DNA of 55,408 nucleotides from Candidatus Altiarchaeota archaeon (lineage in GTDB: Archaea; Altiarchaeota; Altiarchaeia; IMC4; SCGC-AAA252-I15). The stretch spans positions 1-55,408 of the forward strand of contig JBDRLL010000022.1 in assembly GCA_043813075.1 (NCBI GenBank), read 5' to 3'. Both the position numbers and the translations under genes were made by a program. Below the pieces are notes generated by a model. It was not told the origin of the DNA. It saw nothing but the letters and a program-made list of their open reading frames with translations, and ran no database searches. The stretch's first letter is position 1. The number at the start of each line of letters is the position of its first letter. Of the stretch, positions 39,721 to 49,847 are shown piece after piece.

Positions 39721-42125
39721 AATTCGATTGTCAACCCCTCAGATTCACAGTATTCTATGCAGATTATCTTCCCAGTGCCCTTTAAGTCAGCTTCCATTGA
39801 CTTGAGAGCTACTAACTGCTCTTTAGTGCCCTTTACCACCGCCTTCTCGACTTCTTTCGCAAGGCTTATCTGGCTGTCACTCTTAAGCTTCCTTATCCTG
39901 GCGAGGGCTTCGACAAGCAGGTCACCAGCCTTACCAGCATCCTCGTCAATACAATCCGTGAACTCGACAGGCCACGTGGAATTATGGATTGAAACCGTTT
40001 TTTCACGCTCCCTGAAGAAGGTCTGGTATATCTCCTCGGTTATGTGGGGCATTATCGGCGCCATCATCTTCACGACAGCCAGAAGGCTGTGGTATAGCGT
40101 GTATTGCGCAGCCTTCCTGGAATCCTCACCCCTTATCTCCGGCTTGTAGAGCCTCTCCTTGACTATCTCGAGATAGTAGTCGCAGAAAGTCTGCCAGAAG
40201 AACTTCTCAACATCAGCTTTAGTGCGGGAATACTCGTACTTGTCAAAGGATTCGGTTGAAGCCCTGATGATTTCAGAAAGCCGGGTTAACATCCACTTGT
40301 CCACCAACTGGAGTCCGACTTCACCACCATCATAATCCTCCAGGTGCATGAAGACAAAGCGTGACGCATTCCATATCTTGGTCATGAACTTCTGGCCTGT
40401 CACCAGGTCCTTCTCGCTGAACGGGAGGTCGTCGCCGAGCTTGCATCCGGCAGCCCAGAAACGGAGGGCGTCAGCTGAATACTTTTCTATCATCACTTGC
40501 GGCTCGATGACATTGCCCTTGCTCTTGCTCATCTTCCTGCCGTGAGGGTCCTGAGCGTGCCCGGAGATGACGACATCCTTCCATGGATTCACTCCATCAT
40601 GCATCCTCGACTTAACGACTGTGTTGAAGAGCCAGAAAGTGATTATGTCATGGGCCTGAGGCCTCAGGCTCATCGGGTAAAGCTTGTCGTAGATGGGGTG
40701 TTTTTTGAACAAGTCCACCGAGAGTTTTGGTGTTAGTGAGGATGTCGCCCATGTGTCGAGGACGTCCTTCTCTGGAGTGAATTCCTTGCCCCCGCACTTG
40801 GGGCATTCGCTTACTGGCGGATTGTCTGTTATCGGGTCTACAGGCAGGTCTTCCTCTCTGGCGAGTATCTCTGCATCGCATTTGCTGCAATACCATACTG
40901 GGAACGGTACTCCGAAATACCTTTGCCTGGATATTAGCCAGTCCCATTGGAGTCCGTTAACCCAGTGCTCGTATCGGTGTTTCATATGATCTGGATACCA
41001 GTTCAGCATCCTCCCCCACTCAAGCATCTCATCCTTAAGGTCAAGGTATTTTATGAACCACTGCTTTGACTTCAGGAACTCTATTTCCATGCCGCATCTC
41101 TCGTGGACGTTGACACTGTGCTTTATGGGCTCCTGCTTCACCAGCAGCCCGGCTTCCCTTAGGTCTTCGATAATCTGCTTCCTGGCTTCCCTGACCTTCA
41201 TTCCAGCGTATTTCCCACCCAACCCGGTGAGTCTACCGTCTGATGTTATGCCGGTCTTTATCGGTAGGTCGTGCGCCTTCTGCCATTCCATGTCAGTCTG
41301 GTCTCCGAACGTGCAACACATTACTACGCCAGTACCCTTTCCAGGATCGGCGCGCTCGTCAGGCAGTATGGGCACTTCAAAATCGAATAAAGGCACCTTA
41401 GCGGTCTTGCCCCCCACATCATGGTACCTCTTGTCTTCCGGATGGTAGAATACCGCGACACATGCAAGCAGCAGTTCCGGCCGGGTTGTGGCGATAACAA
41501 GGTCCCTGTCATCACACTTGAATATGATGTCGTTGAAGTAGGAGTCCAACTCCTTGTCCTGACACTCGACCTGTGATATCCCGGTCTGGCATTCGGGACA
41601 CCACATTGTAGGGGCGTCCTTACGGTACTCACGCCCCATCTTATACAAGTCCAGGAAAGACTTCTGGGATATCCTCTGGCAGTGCTCGTTGATGGTGGTG
41701 TAGAAGACGCTCCAGTCGCAGCTCATGCCTATCCGCCTCCAGTCCTCCAGGTACTTTGGCCTCAACTCCTTCTCGAGGGTTTCAAGGCATATTTTAATGA
41801 AGTCTTGACGGCTCATGTCGCTGGCCCTCACCTTCTTCATCTTCTCCACAAGGCGTTCGGTCGGTATGCCATTGTCGTCAGTGCCGAACGGGTAGAAGAC
41901 GTTGTAGCCCCGCATACGCTTGTATCGCACAATAAAGTCCTGCTGGCTGTAGCTGAACGCGTGACCGAGATGCATCTTACCGGAGACAGTGGGCGGCGGA
42001 GTGTCTATGGAGTACACCTCACCCCCACCATCCGGGTTGAACTTGTATGCCTGCTCTTCCTCCCAGAACTTCTGCCACCTGGGCTCAGACACGTGCGGAT
42101 CGTATTTGTTGGATGCTTCAGCCAT
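39717..42125 (-). CDS. valS: Valine--tRNA ligase
   Basis: IDTPPPTVSG, HLGH, TTRPE, WDWLISRQR, KMSKS. Confidence 0.97.
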   Translation of the reverse strand: MAEASNKYDPHVSEPRWQKFWEEEQAYKFNPDGGGEVYSIDTPPPTVSGKMHLGHAFSYSQQDFIVRYKRMRGYNVFYPFGTDDNGIPTERLVEKMKKVRASDMSRQDFIKICLETLEKELRPKYLEDWRRIGMSCDWSVFYTTINEHCQRISQKSFLDLYKMGREYRKDAPTMWCPECQTGISQVECQDKELDSYFNDIIFKCDDRDLVIATTRPELLLACVAVFYHPEDKRYHDVGGKTAKVPLFDFEVPILPDERADPGKGTGVVMCCTFGDQTDMEWQKAHDLPIKTGITSDGRLTGLGGKYAGMKVREARKQIIEDLREAGLLVKQEPIKHSVNVHERCGMEIEFLKSKQWFIKYLDLKDEMLEWGRMLNWYPDHMKHRYEHWVNGLQWDWLISRQRYFGVPFPVWYCSKCDAEILAREEDLPVDPITDNPPVSECPKCGGKEFTPEKDVLDTWATSSLTPKLSVDLFKKHPIYDKLYPMSLRPQAHDIITFWLFNTVVKSRMHDGVNPWKDVVISGHAQDPHGRKMSKSKGNVIEPQVMIEKYSADALRFWAAGCKLGDDLPFSEKDLVTGQKFMTKIWNASRFVFMHLEDYDGGEVGLQLVDKWMLTRLSEIIRASTESFDKYEYSRTKADVEKFFWQTFCDYYLEIVKERLYKPEIRGEDSRKAAQYTLYHSLLAVVKMMAPIMPHITEEIYQTFFREREKTVSIHNSTWPVEFTDCIDEDAGKAGDLLVEALARIRKLKSDSQISLAKEVEKAVVKGTKEQLVALKSMEADLKGTGKIICIEYCESEGLTIEF

Positions 42126-42167
42126 CTTAGGATGCTAGTATTAAGAATGTAATATTATATATTAAGG

Positions 42168-42680
42168 ATGAATCGCCTGCAGAAGTGGACTACACTGGGG
42201 GTATTGCTGTTTATACTGCTGGTTTACCTGAGCTACGGCACCACTTCGATGGACCTGTTCAAGCCGGTATTATGGTTTATCGCAGGGATACTCTTCCTCA
42301 TCTCCCTCACCAGCGGCCTGATATCATCTTTTGTAGGGATCATAATCGCCATACTTGCGTTCATGTCAAGCCTGCCGCTGATCACGAACGTTAGCGCAAC
42401 GATGATACTGTTTTCAAACATGCTGTACAAGAGCTTCATCAACAAGATAGTGAAGGGTATCCTCCGGAGGATACCTTTGTACCAGAAGACTGAGGACAGG
42501 ATAAAACGAAGCAGGACATACATTTTGGCAGTGGATAAGGGCAATCACCTGCTTAAGAGCCTTGGATTGAGGAAGCCCAAACGCATGATAATGGTCGAGG
42601 TGAAGGCGTGCATCCACTGCGGCGCACTGATGCCGATATCCGGGAGATTCTGCACTGTATGCGGGAAGGAGAACGAGTAG
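42168..42680 (+). CDS. Membrane protein with C-terminal zinc ribbon
   Basis: TM helices; CIHCG...FCTVCG. Confidence 0.7.
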   Translation: MNRLQKWTTLGVLLFILLVYLSYGTTSMDLFKPVLWFIAGILFLISLTSGLISSFVGIIIAILAFMSSLPLITNVSATMILFSNMLYKSFINKIVKGILRRIPLYQKTEDRIKRSRTYILAVDKGNHLLKSLGLRKPKRMIMVEVKACIHCGALMPISGRFCTVCGKENE

Positions 42681-42681
42681 C

Positions 42682-43419
42682 ATGGACCATAAGTGCAGGC
42701 TGGTGCGGAGGGCGCAGGAACAAGGCAGTGTAATACCGCGAGACCGGCTGGCAAGACTGATAGAGTTCGGGCCATGTGGCCCAGCTGATACTGCATCTAG
42801 TGATCATTCATTATGCGAGAGGCTCAGAGACTGTAGTTGGGAGTATTACCACCGGCTATCACCTCATTTCAGGGGCGGGACTGTCGCGGACATAGGGTCC
42901 TCTGACGCGATAATGTTCTCCATCTCTTTCCTGGGAAACGGGGCGGACACTGTAATGCCTGTGGACACCGCATTCAGGAAGAAGATGCCTGAAAGGCCGC
43001 TCGGCAGGATACTGCCAGTCGCAGACACTGCATACTTGATGGAGTCTATACCTGACGAAAGCCTAGACATGGCGGTATTCCACCGTTCACTACCAGCCAT
43101 ACTGGGCACTCCGCCGATAGTTAAGGCCACCCACTTCAAGGAGCTTATGAGGGGTTCCCTAGAGATGGAGGAGGAGACGTACGACAGGAAGTTTGAAGTC
43201 CTTATTGACGAGGTGTTGAAGAAGGTGAAACCAGGTAAGCCGATAGTATTCTGCACTTCCTCGGTGAACTATCAGGCAGTCCCCAACGGGGAATACTACT
43301 ACAACTACTTCAACGAGTGGTTGAGGAACAGGCTTTCGAAGATGGGTTTCGAGCCGAATGTGGAGGGCAAACGCACTTCAAACGAATTGCTGACGTACAC
43401 TACCGTGTTCAGGGGATAG
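42682..43419 (+). CDS. Diverged class I SAM methyltransferase-like protein
   Basis: VADIGSSD, PVD, IPDESLD, VKPG. Confidence 0.55.
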   Translation: MDHKCRLVRRAQEQGSVIPRDRLARLIEFGPCGPADTASSDHSLCERLRDCSWEYYHRLSPHFRGGTVADIGSSDAIMFSISFLGNGADTVMPVDTAFRKKMPERPLGRILPVADTAYLMESIPDESLDMAVFHRSLPAILGTPPIVKATHFKELMRGSLEMEEETYDRKFEVLIDEVLKKVKPGKPIVFCTSSVNYQAVPNGEYYYNYFNEWLRNRLSKMGFEPNVEGKRTSNELLTYTTVFRG

Positions 43420-43456
43420 CACGCCCTAATATAGAATATGCTTACAATATCTTATT

Positions 43457-44341
43457 GTGGAAAAAGCTGTTACTGCACTGACAATAGCTTTGATTCTGTT
43501 CGTTAGCGGCTGCGAGAAGAAAAGCGATGCTCCTAGCGAGCCTGTCTTGAACGAGAGTGGACTGAATTTAGGAGAGCTCCAGCGGAGTATGATTGACGCG
43601 AACAGCAGGGTCAGATACTATAAGCTTCGCATGAACATTAAGATAAACTCCACAACAGAATCAGGAGGGGCATACCAGTTCATGAGGAGCAGGTCGTCTA
43701 GTACAGCTGAAGTCGACGTGAAAGGCAAGAAGATGATCATGTCACAGTCTGTGGAAGCGTATTCTGGAGACGTTTACCAGGAAGTGGATATGGAAGTCTA
43801 TGTTTACGGGGGATACATGTACTTCAAGACAGGTGATGTTTGGTTCAAGACAGAATTCGATGACAGGGTTTGGGATGTTGAAGACCAGGTTAAACAAAAC
43901 AGTAGACTCCTTGAAAACAGCGAGGTTAGGATTAAGGAAGAGAAGATTATTGACGGGAGGCCTTATTACGTATTGGAGGTTATGCCAGACGAGAAGGAGC
44001 TAGTCAGACTATCGCTTGAAAGGCAGAACATGACCCACATAATAGACGAGGCAATGGACTATGATGACATGGTCAAGCATTACAGCCTGGAGTTCTGGGT
44101 CAACAAGGAGACGCATGTAGTAGAGAGAGAACTCATATCAATGAGGATTCAGTTGACGCCTGAAAACATGCGCGTTAAGGATCCAGACACCGGGGACATG
44201 CGCATGGACACTATCATGAACGCTGATGTTGAGATATATGATATAGATGACATAGTGTACATCAACCTCCCTGCCGACGCAGCGCACGCGCCAACATTAG
44301 AGGGTATAAGGGAGAGAATAGAGGATGCTGAGGAAAAATAG
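43457..44341 (+). CDS. Putative lipoprotein (LolA/LppX-like beta fold)
   Basis: VSGC lipobox; Y..GG.MY.K...W; FWVNKET; INLPADA. Confidence 0.65.
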   Translation: MEKAVTALTIALILFVSGCEKKSDAPSEPVLNESGLNLGELQRSMIDANSRVRYYKLRMNIKINSTTESGGAYQFMRSRSSSTAEVDVKGKKMIMSQSVEAYSGDVYQEVDMEVYVYGGYMYFKTGDVWFKTEFDDRVWDVEDQVKQNSRLLENSEVRIKEEKIIDGRPYYVLEVMPDEKELVRLSLERQNMTHIIDEAMDYDDMVKHYSLEFWVNKETHVVERELISMRIQLTPENMRVKDPDTGDMRMDTIMNADVEIYDIDDIVYINLPADAAHAPTLEGIRERIEDAEEK

Positions 44342-45650
44342 GAACATAGTCTTAGCGGGCACTGTGATAGCGACAGCGATACTATTAGCAGCATACGGCC
44401 ACACGAGGGAGAAAAAGGACTACAACGTCATACTGATAACGATAGACACTCTAAGGGCGGATCATGTGGGAGCCTACGGGTACGTGAGAGACACGACGCC
44501 ATTCCTGGATGAGCTAGCATCCAAGAGCATACTATATGAAAACGCATACAGCCAGGCCCCGTGGACGCGGCCGTCCATGGCAAGCATGCTCACTTCACTA
44601 TACCCGAGACACAGTGGAGTCATTGACGAGAGCGGGAAAAGCTTTCTGGATAAAAGACTTGTGACCCTGCAGGAGGTGTTCAATGAAAACAACTACAAGA
44701 CGGCTGGATTCGTGTCCAACGCGAACCTGCGTTCAGACTTCGGATTCAACCAAGGCTTCGACCAGTACCGAGACAATCTGCCGTGGAGGCCGGGGAGCGT
44801 CATGCTGGGGAATGCGCTAGCATGGATTATGGCACATGGCAAGTCAGACAGGTTCTTTGCGTGGATACACTTGAACGAGCCGCATGGACCATACATGCCG
44901 CCGGACGTGAGATACAGTTTCATGTTCAGCGGCGACAAGCCAGAACTCATCAAGCCGTGGAACACTTCCAGGAAGAAGGTCATGAAGCCGCCCAGATACG
45001 ACAAGGAGATAGGCAGGAACCTTACCGGCGAGGACGTCCAGCGCATGATAGACCTGTACGACGGGGAGATAAGATACGTCGACGACCAGCTGAGGATATT
45101 CTACAATGGACTTGCAGAAGCAGGCCTTGACGAGAACACTATAATAGTGGTGACCGCAGACCATGGGGAAGAATTCCTGGACCACGGTGGATTATACCAC
45201 GGCCACAGCATGTATAACGAACTCATCAGGATACCTTTGATAATCCATGTTCCAGGGTTGGAAGGCCGCAGAGCCGATGAGGAGGTTGAGTTGATTGGAT
45301 TGTTCCCAACGCTCCTAGAGCTTACCGGACTAGGCGTCGAACACAGGATTGAGGGGGTAAGCTATCTCAGTCCTGTCATGCATCCGGTTTACGGTGAGAC
45401 AGACTTTCGTTCAACACACCAGTCGATGATGCTAGAGGAAGGTATTAAGGTCATCCACGACTGGGATTCCAACACGAGCATCTCATATGACATCGTGTCC
45501 GACAGGAAGGAGGAAAATCCGGTAGAGGTGGATTATGAGCATTTAAGTAGGATGGGTGCTTATCGTGAGTACGTATTTAGCCCGGAGGGCGCGGAGGAGA
45601 TAAGACCGGAGACGCTAGAGCATTTGAGGGAGATAGGGTATATAATCTAG
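44325..45650 (+). CDS. Membrane-anchored sulfatase-family protein
   Basis: ITIDTLRADH, WTRPSMASMLTSLYP, EPHGPY, YDGEIRYVD, ADHGE. Confidence 0.9.
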   Translation: MLRKNRNIVLAGTVIATAILLAAYGHTREKKDYNVILITIDTLRADHVGAYGYVRDTTPFLDELASKSILYENAYSQAPWTRPSMASMLTSLYPRHSGVIDESGKSFLDKRLVTLQEVFNENNYKTAGFVSNANLRSDFGFNQGFDQYRDNLPWRPGSVMLGNALAWIMAHGKSDRFFAWIHLNEPHGPYMPPDVRYSFMFSGDKPELIKPWNTSRKKVMKPPRYDKEIGRNLTGEDVQRMIDLYDGEIRYVDDQLRIFYNGLAEAGLDENTIIVVTADHGEEFLDHGGLYHGHSMYNELIRIPLIIHVPGLEGRRADEEVELIGLFPTLLELTGLGVEHRIEGVSYLSPVMHPVYGETDFRSTHQSMMLEEGIKVIHDWDSNTSISYDIVSDRKEENPVEVDYEHLSRMGAYREYVFSPEGAEEIRPETLEHLREIGYII

Positions 45651-45769
45651 GAGGTTAATGGAGTGAATATCGCGGGGAAGGTTTCAGGATTCATCCTACG
45701 GCTTAGCGAGTCCATAGTCTCCACCCTGAAGGAGATAATAAAAGAGGAATTATAGCCCGCATGAATGCG

Positions 45770-45890
45770 TTAAGAGGGGGTGGTAGACCCCTCTTAAGTC
45801 GTCTCGCATGTGAACCGGGCGAGACGGTTCGCCGCCGTTTGAACTCACGACTTTCTTTTGATGAAACTTTTCTTTTGTAAAGAAAAGTTT
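45770..45890. repeat. Cluster of inverted repeats in the tRNA-Ser trailer
   Basis: TTAAGAGGGG/CCCCTCTTAA; GTGAACCG/CGGTTCGC; AAACTTTTCTTT-TGT-AAAGAAAAGTTT abutting the tRNA 3' end. Confidence 0.8.
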
Positions 45891-45976
45891 CGCCGAGGTT
45901 GAGATTTGAACTCAAGCTCCTGTTAGGGAACACGCTTTCCAGGCGTGCGCGTTAGTCCAGGCTCCGCCACCTCGGC
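45891..45976 (-). tRNA. tRNA-Ser(GGA)
   Basis: GCCGAGG/CCTCGGC+G, anticodon arm CACGC-CTGGAAA-GCGTG, long variable arm, TTGAG-TTCAAAT-CTCAA. Confidence 0.96.
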
Positions 45977-46085
45977 ATAGTGATATCCTGCCATCCACCG
46001 TCCATGTGGCGGGTCCGAAGCCGGTAAGGCTGAGGTAGACCGCCACCTCGGCGTGTGCAGGTTTCTGACTTAATTCTAAACGGTT

Positions 46086-46093
46086 TTTATATA
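46086..46093 (-). promoter_or_regulatory. TATA box for the leader plus tRNA-Ser transcript
   Basis: TATATAAA on the minus strand, about 25 nt before the structured leader (starts near 46062) and about 110 nt before the tRNA. Confidence 0.5.
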
Positions 46094-46211
46094 TTAATGA
46101 AATGCTGCAGCATGGTACCGCAGTACGCTTGGAGAGCCAGTTAAGCTGTTTTAACACGTTCCTCTGGCTTTTATACTAGTTTCATCATATTATTTATTTC
46201 GTTTTTCCAAG

Positions 46212-46991
46212 ATGGCAGACAAGGGTAATTTGGACTATAGGGTTGTTTCGGTCGCGCTAGCCTTCCTTTTGTTGGCAGTAGTAGGCTATCATTTCCAGAC
46301 TATTAGGAGTGTTGAGCCGGTTGTTGTGGAGAAGAAGGTTGTTGAGGGTGAGGAATCAGACCTCCAAGTATTTTATCTTTACCCTGCCAGGTGCGTGGAC
46401 TGCGACTTGAATGTTCCAGGCCAGTGTGATTACTGCAACAGTTATTATGATGAGCGTGTGATGGGATTGCTGAGCGGGGAGCTTGGTGTTCCGGTAAGAT
46501 TCTTCGTCACAGACATCGTGGTAAGGCCTAATGTTTTCGTTGCCTCAGGCGATAAGGCTGGTTTGGGCGACGGCAGGACCAAGTATAACATAGCCAACAC
46601 CGTCTGTGAGTTGGCTGGTTCTGAGAAGTCATGTGAATTGCATGAAAGCGAGGTTAAGAGGGTCAAGGATTGCGTCGCAAGGTATGGTCTGGCAGACGAT
46701 ACGATAGTCTACCACTACACCAAGTCAGGGTGTAATTCATGCGCCAGGACAACCCCCGTGGTGCAGGAACTCTTAGGTCTTGAGTATAATGAGACTTTGA
46801 AGTACACTGTGCATTATGTTGACCATGGGGATAAGGAGGAGATGAAGCTGATAAACGAGTGCTTCATGTCCTTCAACTACATTGATTACGTGCCTCAGGC
46901 ATTGTGCCCTGCAAATGGTAAGGATTTGACCGGTGAGTTCAGCCTTGGCATGATCAGGGACTTCACTGACGCGTGCATTGAAGCGCGATAA
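46212..46991 (+). CDS. Membrane-anchored Cys-rich protein with two thioredoxin-like CxxC domains
   Basis: TM; FYLYPARCVDC, CDYC, HYTKSGCNSC, YVPQALC. Confidence 0.65.
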   Translation: MADKGNLDYRVVSVALAFLLLAVVGYHFQTIRSVEPVVVEKKVVEGEESDLQVFYLYPARCVDCDLNVPGQCDYCNSYYDERVMGLLSGELGVPVRFFVTDIVVRPNVFVASGDKAGLGDGRTKYNIANTVCELAGSEKSCELHESEVKRVKDCVARYGLADDTIVYHYTKSGCNSCARTTPVVQELLGLEYNETLKYTVHYVDHGDKEEMKLINECFMSFNYIDYVPQALCPANGKDLTGEFSLGMIRDFTDACIEAR

Positions 46992-46995
46992 TTTT

Positions 46996-49803
46996 TTATT
47001 CTATGTAAATACCAGGCTTCATTGGCTGTGAGTGCTTGGCTTTTCCTTCAGGATCATAGTCCGGCTCCATATGGACTATCACCTCGCATCCAATCTCCCT
47101 TGAGATGAACGGCGCCGAGTCAGTCAGTGTATTTGCCTCAGCTTCGGGGGACATGATTACCTCAGGTATTTCGTCACGCCTCATCTGCATCAGCCTGGCG
47201 GCCTGCTTGCCATGCTTTTTTAGCTCAGGATCTGCCATGACATCCTTGATTGTTTTCCCATCCAGTATTGCGTTGTAGATGGAGTACTTCCATTCTTCAG
47301 GAGTGTACAAGTGTATCCTGACTGGAGTCTTCTTTGTCACATTCAGTATGTTCTGTATGTCCGATAAAACGGCCTGCACTAGGTTTTCACCGGCCTCGAC
47401 CTCGGGTTTTATCAGATCTTCGTTAAAGACAGGCCACTGTGCGTTGGATACGAATCCTTTCCCTCCCGTCTTCTCCCATAGTTCTTCGCAAGTGAACGGC
47501 GTGAAAGGCGTCATGATGCGTATCCAGGCGTTGGTGAGCTCCCTCATGGCCGCATGATTTGGCTCGTCACGCCTAGCATACCATGAGAGGTCGTTGAACA
47601 TCTCGTAGAATATGATTTGAAGAGCCTTACGGGTCTGGAATAGTTCGAGTGATTCAGTCGCCTCCTTTATCCTCCTGTTGAGCCTGCTCTTGAGCCACAC
47701 GTCGATACGCTTCTCACCGGAGCGGCCCTGCATGGACAGGGTGTCTTCCACGATCTTGGTGAAGTGATTGAGCCTTCTCTGCGTGTTTTCGACCATCGCC
47801 TCCCTCCAGTCGAAGTCCTGCCACGGCTCGGCGTTGGCCATCAGGAATAGCCGGACCACGTCCGCACCGAACTTGTCGACAGCATCCTTGACGAGTATCA
47901 CATTGCCTTTTGAGGAGCTCATCTTCTCACCCTCCAGTAGGCCCATGCCGAATGTGGCGATGCCTTTCGGCCATTTATCAGCGTTGAATAAAGCGCAGTG
48001 ATGGTATAGCATGAATGTCAGGTGGTTCTGGATGAGCTCTAGGGCGGAGCACCTCCATTCCTGCGGATACCAGTAGTTGAAGCTTTCCCTTATAGCCCGT
48101 AGCCTCTCGGACTCTATCCCTGTTTTTTCAGCGACTTCTTCGAGCTTGCCTTCGTTCCGGAATACAAAGTCGAAGAATTCCTTGGGCAACTGTTCCGGCT
48201 TCAATTCTTTTATCAGATGGGATATCGTGTAGTACGCCATGTATATCGTCGAGTCTGAGAGAGGCTCTATCATGAACCTGTCGTCGAAAGGCAGCCTGGT
48301 TCCGAGCCCATAGTTCCTTATGCACGGCCACGCGCGAAGCCACTCCACCGTGTTCGAGTAGTCTTCCTTGGTGCGTTCTGGAATGGTGTTCAAGCCGTAT
48401 ATACACCCTCTCACAGTCTCCTTCCAGTCCTCGTTGCCGTAGTCGACGAACCATGAGTCTGCCTGGGCTACGACAACGTTTCCGCCGCACCTGCAGGTCA
48501 CAGGCTTGCTGAACTCTAGCATGATGTCTGCCTTCCCTGATGAGATGAGTTTTGACTTGATCTTCTCTTTGGCGCGGACTACCGCCATGCCCCCATATTC
48601 ACCGCAGTTCTCGTTCATGACACCAGTATGGAATCCTGCCTTGTAGACTTCTTTAGTGGCTTCCTCGAGTTTTTCAATGTCTTTCTGGCTGCATATACCC
48701 ATGCTTTCCACCATATCCTTGGCAGCCTCCCGACCGTACCCCTCGATATTGATGATGGGTATGGTTTCTATGGACTTGATTTTCTCGTAATCCAGACCAT
48801 ATTTCTCGCATAGGCTCTTGTCGCCTTGAATGTCTTTTAACGCTATCCAGTCGTAGGGTGCGTCTGAAGGCACTGACGTGACCAGGCCGGTCCCAATATT
48901 GGGGTCTGGGAATTCTGAGGGGAGTATTATTATGTCGCGTTCGATTACGGGAGCCAGACAGTATTTGCCGAGCAAGTCCACACCCTTTACCTCGCCTTTC
49001 ACCTCAACCTCCCGATCCTGGAGCCGGAGTTTTTCAGCGCACTCACGACTTATTATCCATGACTCGCCGTCGACATTAGCGCGAACGTATGTTATTCCAG
49101 GACTCACCCACATGTTGGTCTGCCCGTACATGGTTTCAGGCCTTAGTGTCGCAGCTATTATGTAGTCGTCGCCGTACTTGAATTTCAATAGCGTGAACTC
49201 CTGCACGTCCGCGTCCTCACCCTCAAGCAGGTCGTGCGTCGTCACGGGATTCTTGTCTTTAGTGCAGTATTTGACAGGATGCTTCCCCTGTGTTACCAAA
49301 CCCTTACTGTGGAGGCTGTTGTACTGCCATGTTATGAACTGGTTGTAGTTCTGGTCATTTGTGGTGAACTGGCGCCTCCAGTCTATCGTGTATCCGAGGC
49401 GCTTCATTGATTCGCGATAATGGTTTTTGATGAAGTACTGGGCGAAGTCCATGGGCTCTCTTATGGCGTCCATCTCCTCATCAGTCATGCTGTACACCTC
49501 CTTCAGGACGCGCATCTGCTTCTCCTCACCGTCCTTCATACGCTTCAAAGCACCGATTATGGGCGTGCCGGTGACATGCCATGCCATGGGGAAGAGGACG
49601 TTAAAGCCCTGCATTCGCTTGAAACGCGCTATCACGTCCGGAACGGTGTAGGTGCGGGCGTGGCCGATGTGCATGCCGCCGGACGGGTAGGGGTACGCTA
49701 CGGTAAGGTAGAACTTCTTCCTGCCGTCGGGATTGCTCTCGAAGGCCTTCTCCTCACCCCACCTCTTAAGCCACTTGGACTCCAAATCCTTTTGCTCCTG
49801 CAT
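46996..49803 (-). CDS. leuS: Leucine--tRNA ligase (archaeal type)
   Basis: AYPYPSG.MHIGH, TLRPET, GTGLVTSVPSDAP, NHL, KMSSS; start set at MQEQK. Confidence 0.97.
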   Translation of the reverse strand: MQEQKDLESKWLKRWGEEKAFESNPDGRKKFYLTVAYPYPSGGMHIGHARTYTVPDVIARFKRMQGFNVLFPMAWHVTGTPIIGALKRMKDGEEKQMRVLKEVYSMTDEEMDAIREPMDFAQYFIKNHYRESMKRLGYTIDWRRQFTTNDQNYNQFITWQYNSLHSKGLVTQGKHPVKYCTKDKNPVTTHDLLEGEDADVQEFTLLKFKYGDDYIIAATLRPETMYGQTNMWVSPGITYVRANVDGESWIISRECAEKLRLQDREVEVKGEVKGVDLLGKYCLAPVIERDIIILPSEFPDPNIGTGLVTSVPSDAPYDWIALKDIQGDKSLCEKYGLDYEKIKSIETIPIINIEGYGREAAKDMVESMGICSQKDIEKLEEATKEVYKAGFHTGVMNENCGEYGGMAVVRAKEKIKSKLISSGKADIMLEFSKPVTCRCGGNVVVAQADSWFVDYGNEDWKETVRGCIYGLNTIPERTKEDYSNTVEWLRAWPCIRNYGLGTRLPFDDRFMIEPLSDSTIYMAYYTISHLIKELKPEQLPKEFFDFVFRNEGKLEEVAEKTGIESERLRAIRESFNYWYPQEWRCSALELIQNHLTFMLYHHCALFNADKWPKGIATFGMGLLEGEKMSSSKGNVILVKDAVDKFGADVVRLFLMANAEPWQDFDWREAMVENTQRRLNHFTKIVEDTLSMQGRSGEKRIDVWLKSRLNRRIKEATESLELFQTRKALQIIFYEMFNDLSWYARRDEPNHAAMRELTNAWIRIMTPFTPFTCEELWEKTGGKGFVSNAQWPVFNEDLIKPEVEAGENLVQAVLSDIQNILNVTKKTPVRIHLYTPEEWKYSIYNAILDGKTIKDVMADPELKKHGKQAARLMQMRRDEIPEVIMSPEAEANTLTDSAPFISREIGCEVIVHMEPDYDPEGKAKHSQPMKPGIYIE

Positions 49804-49847
49804 TTTTAGGACAAAATACGAGTTTAAGTAAAAAAATGTTTTTGAGA

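Noticed and set aside
45753-45851. Split or intron-interrupted tRNA 3' half (GTGAGTTCAAA...TTCATGCGGGCTA on the minus strand)
   Set aside because: No BHB can be formed, the T stem is weak, and no matching 5' half was found in the window.
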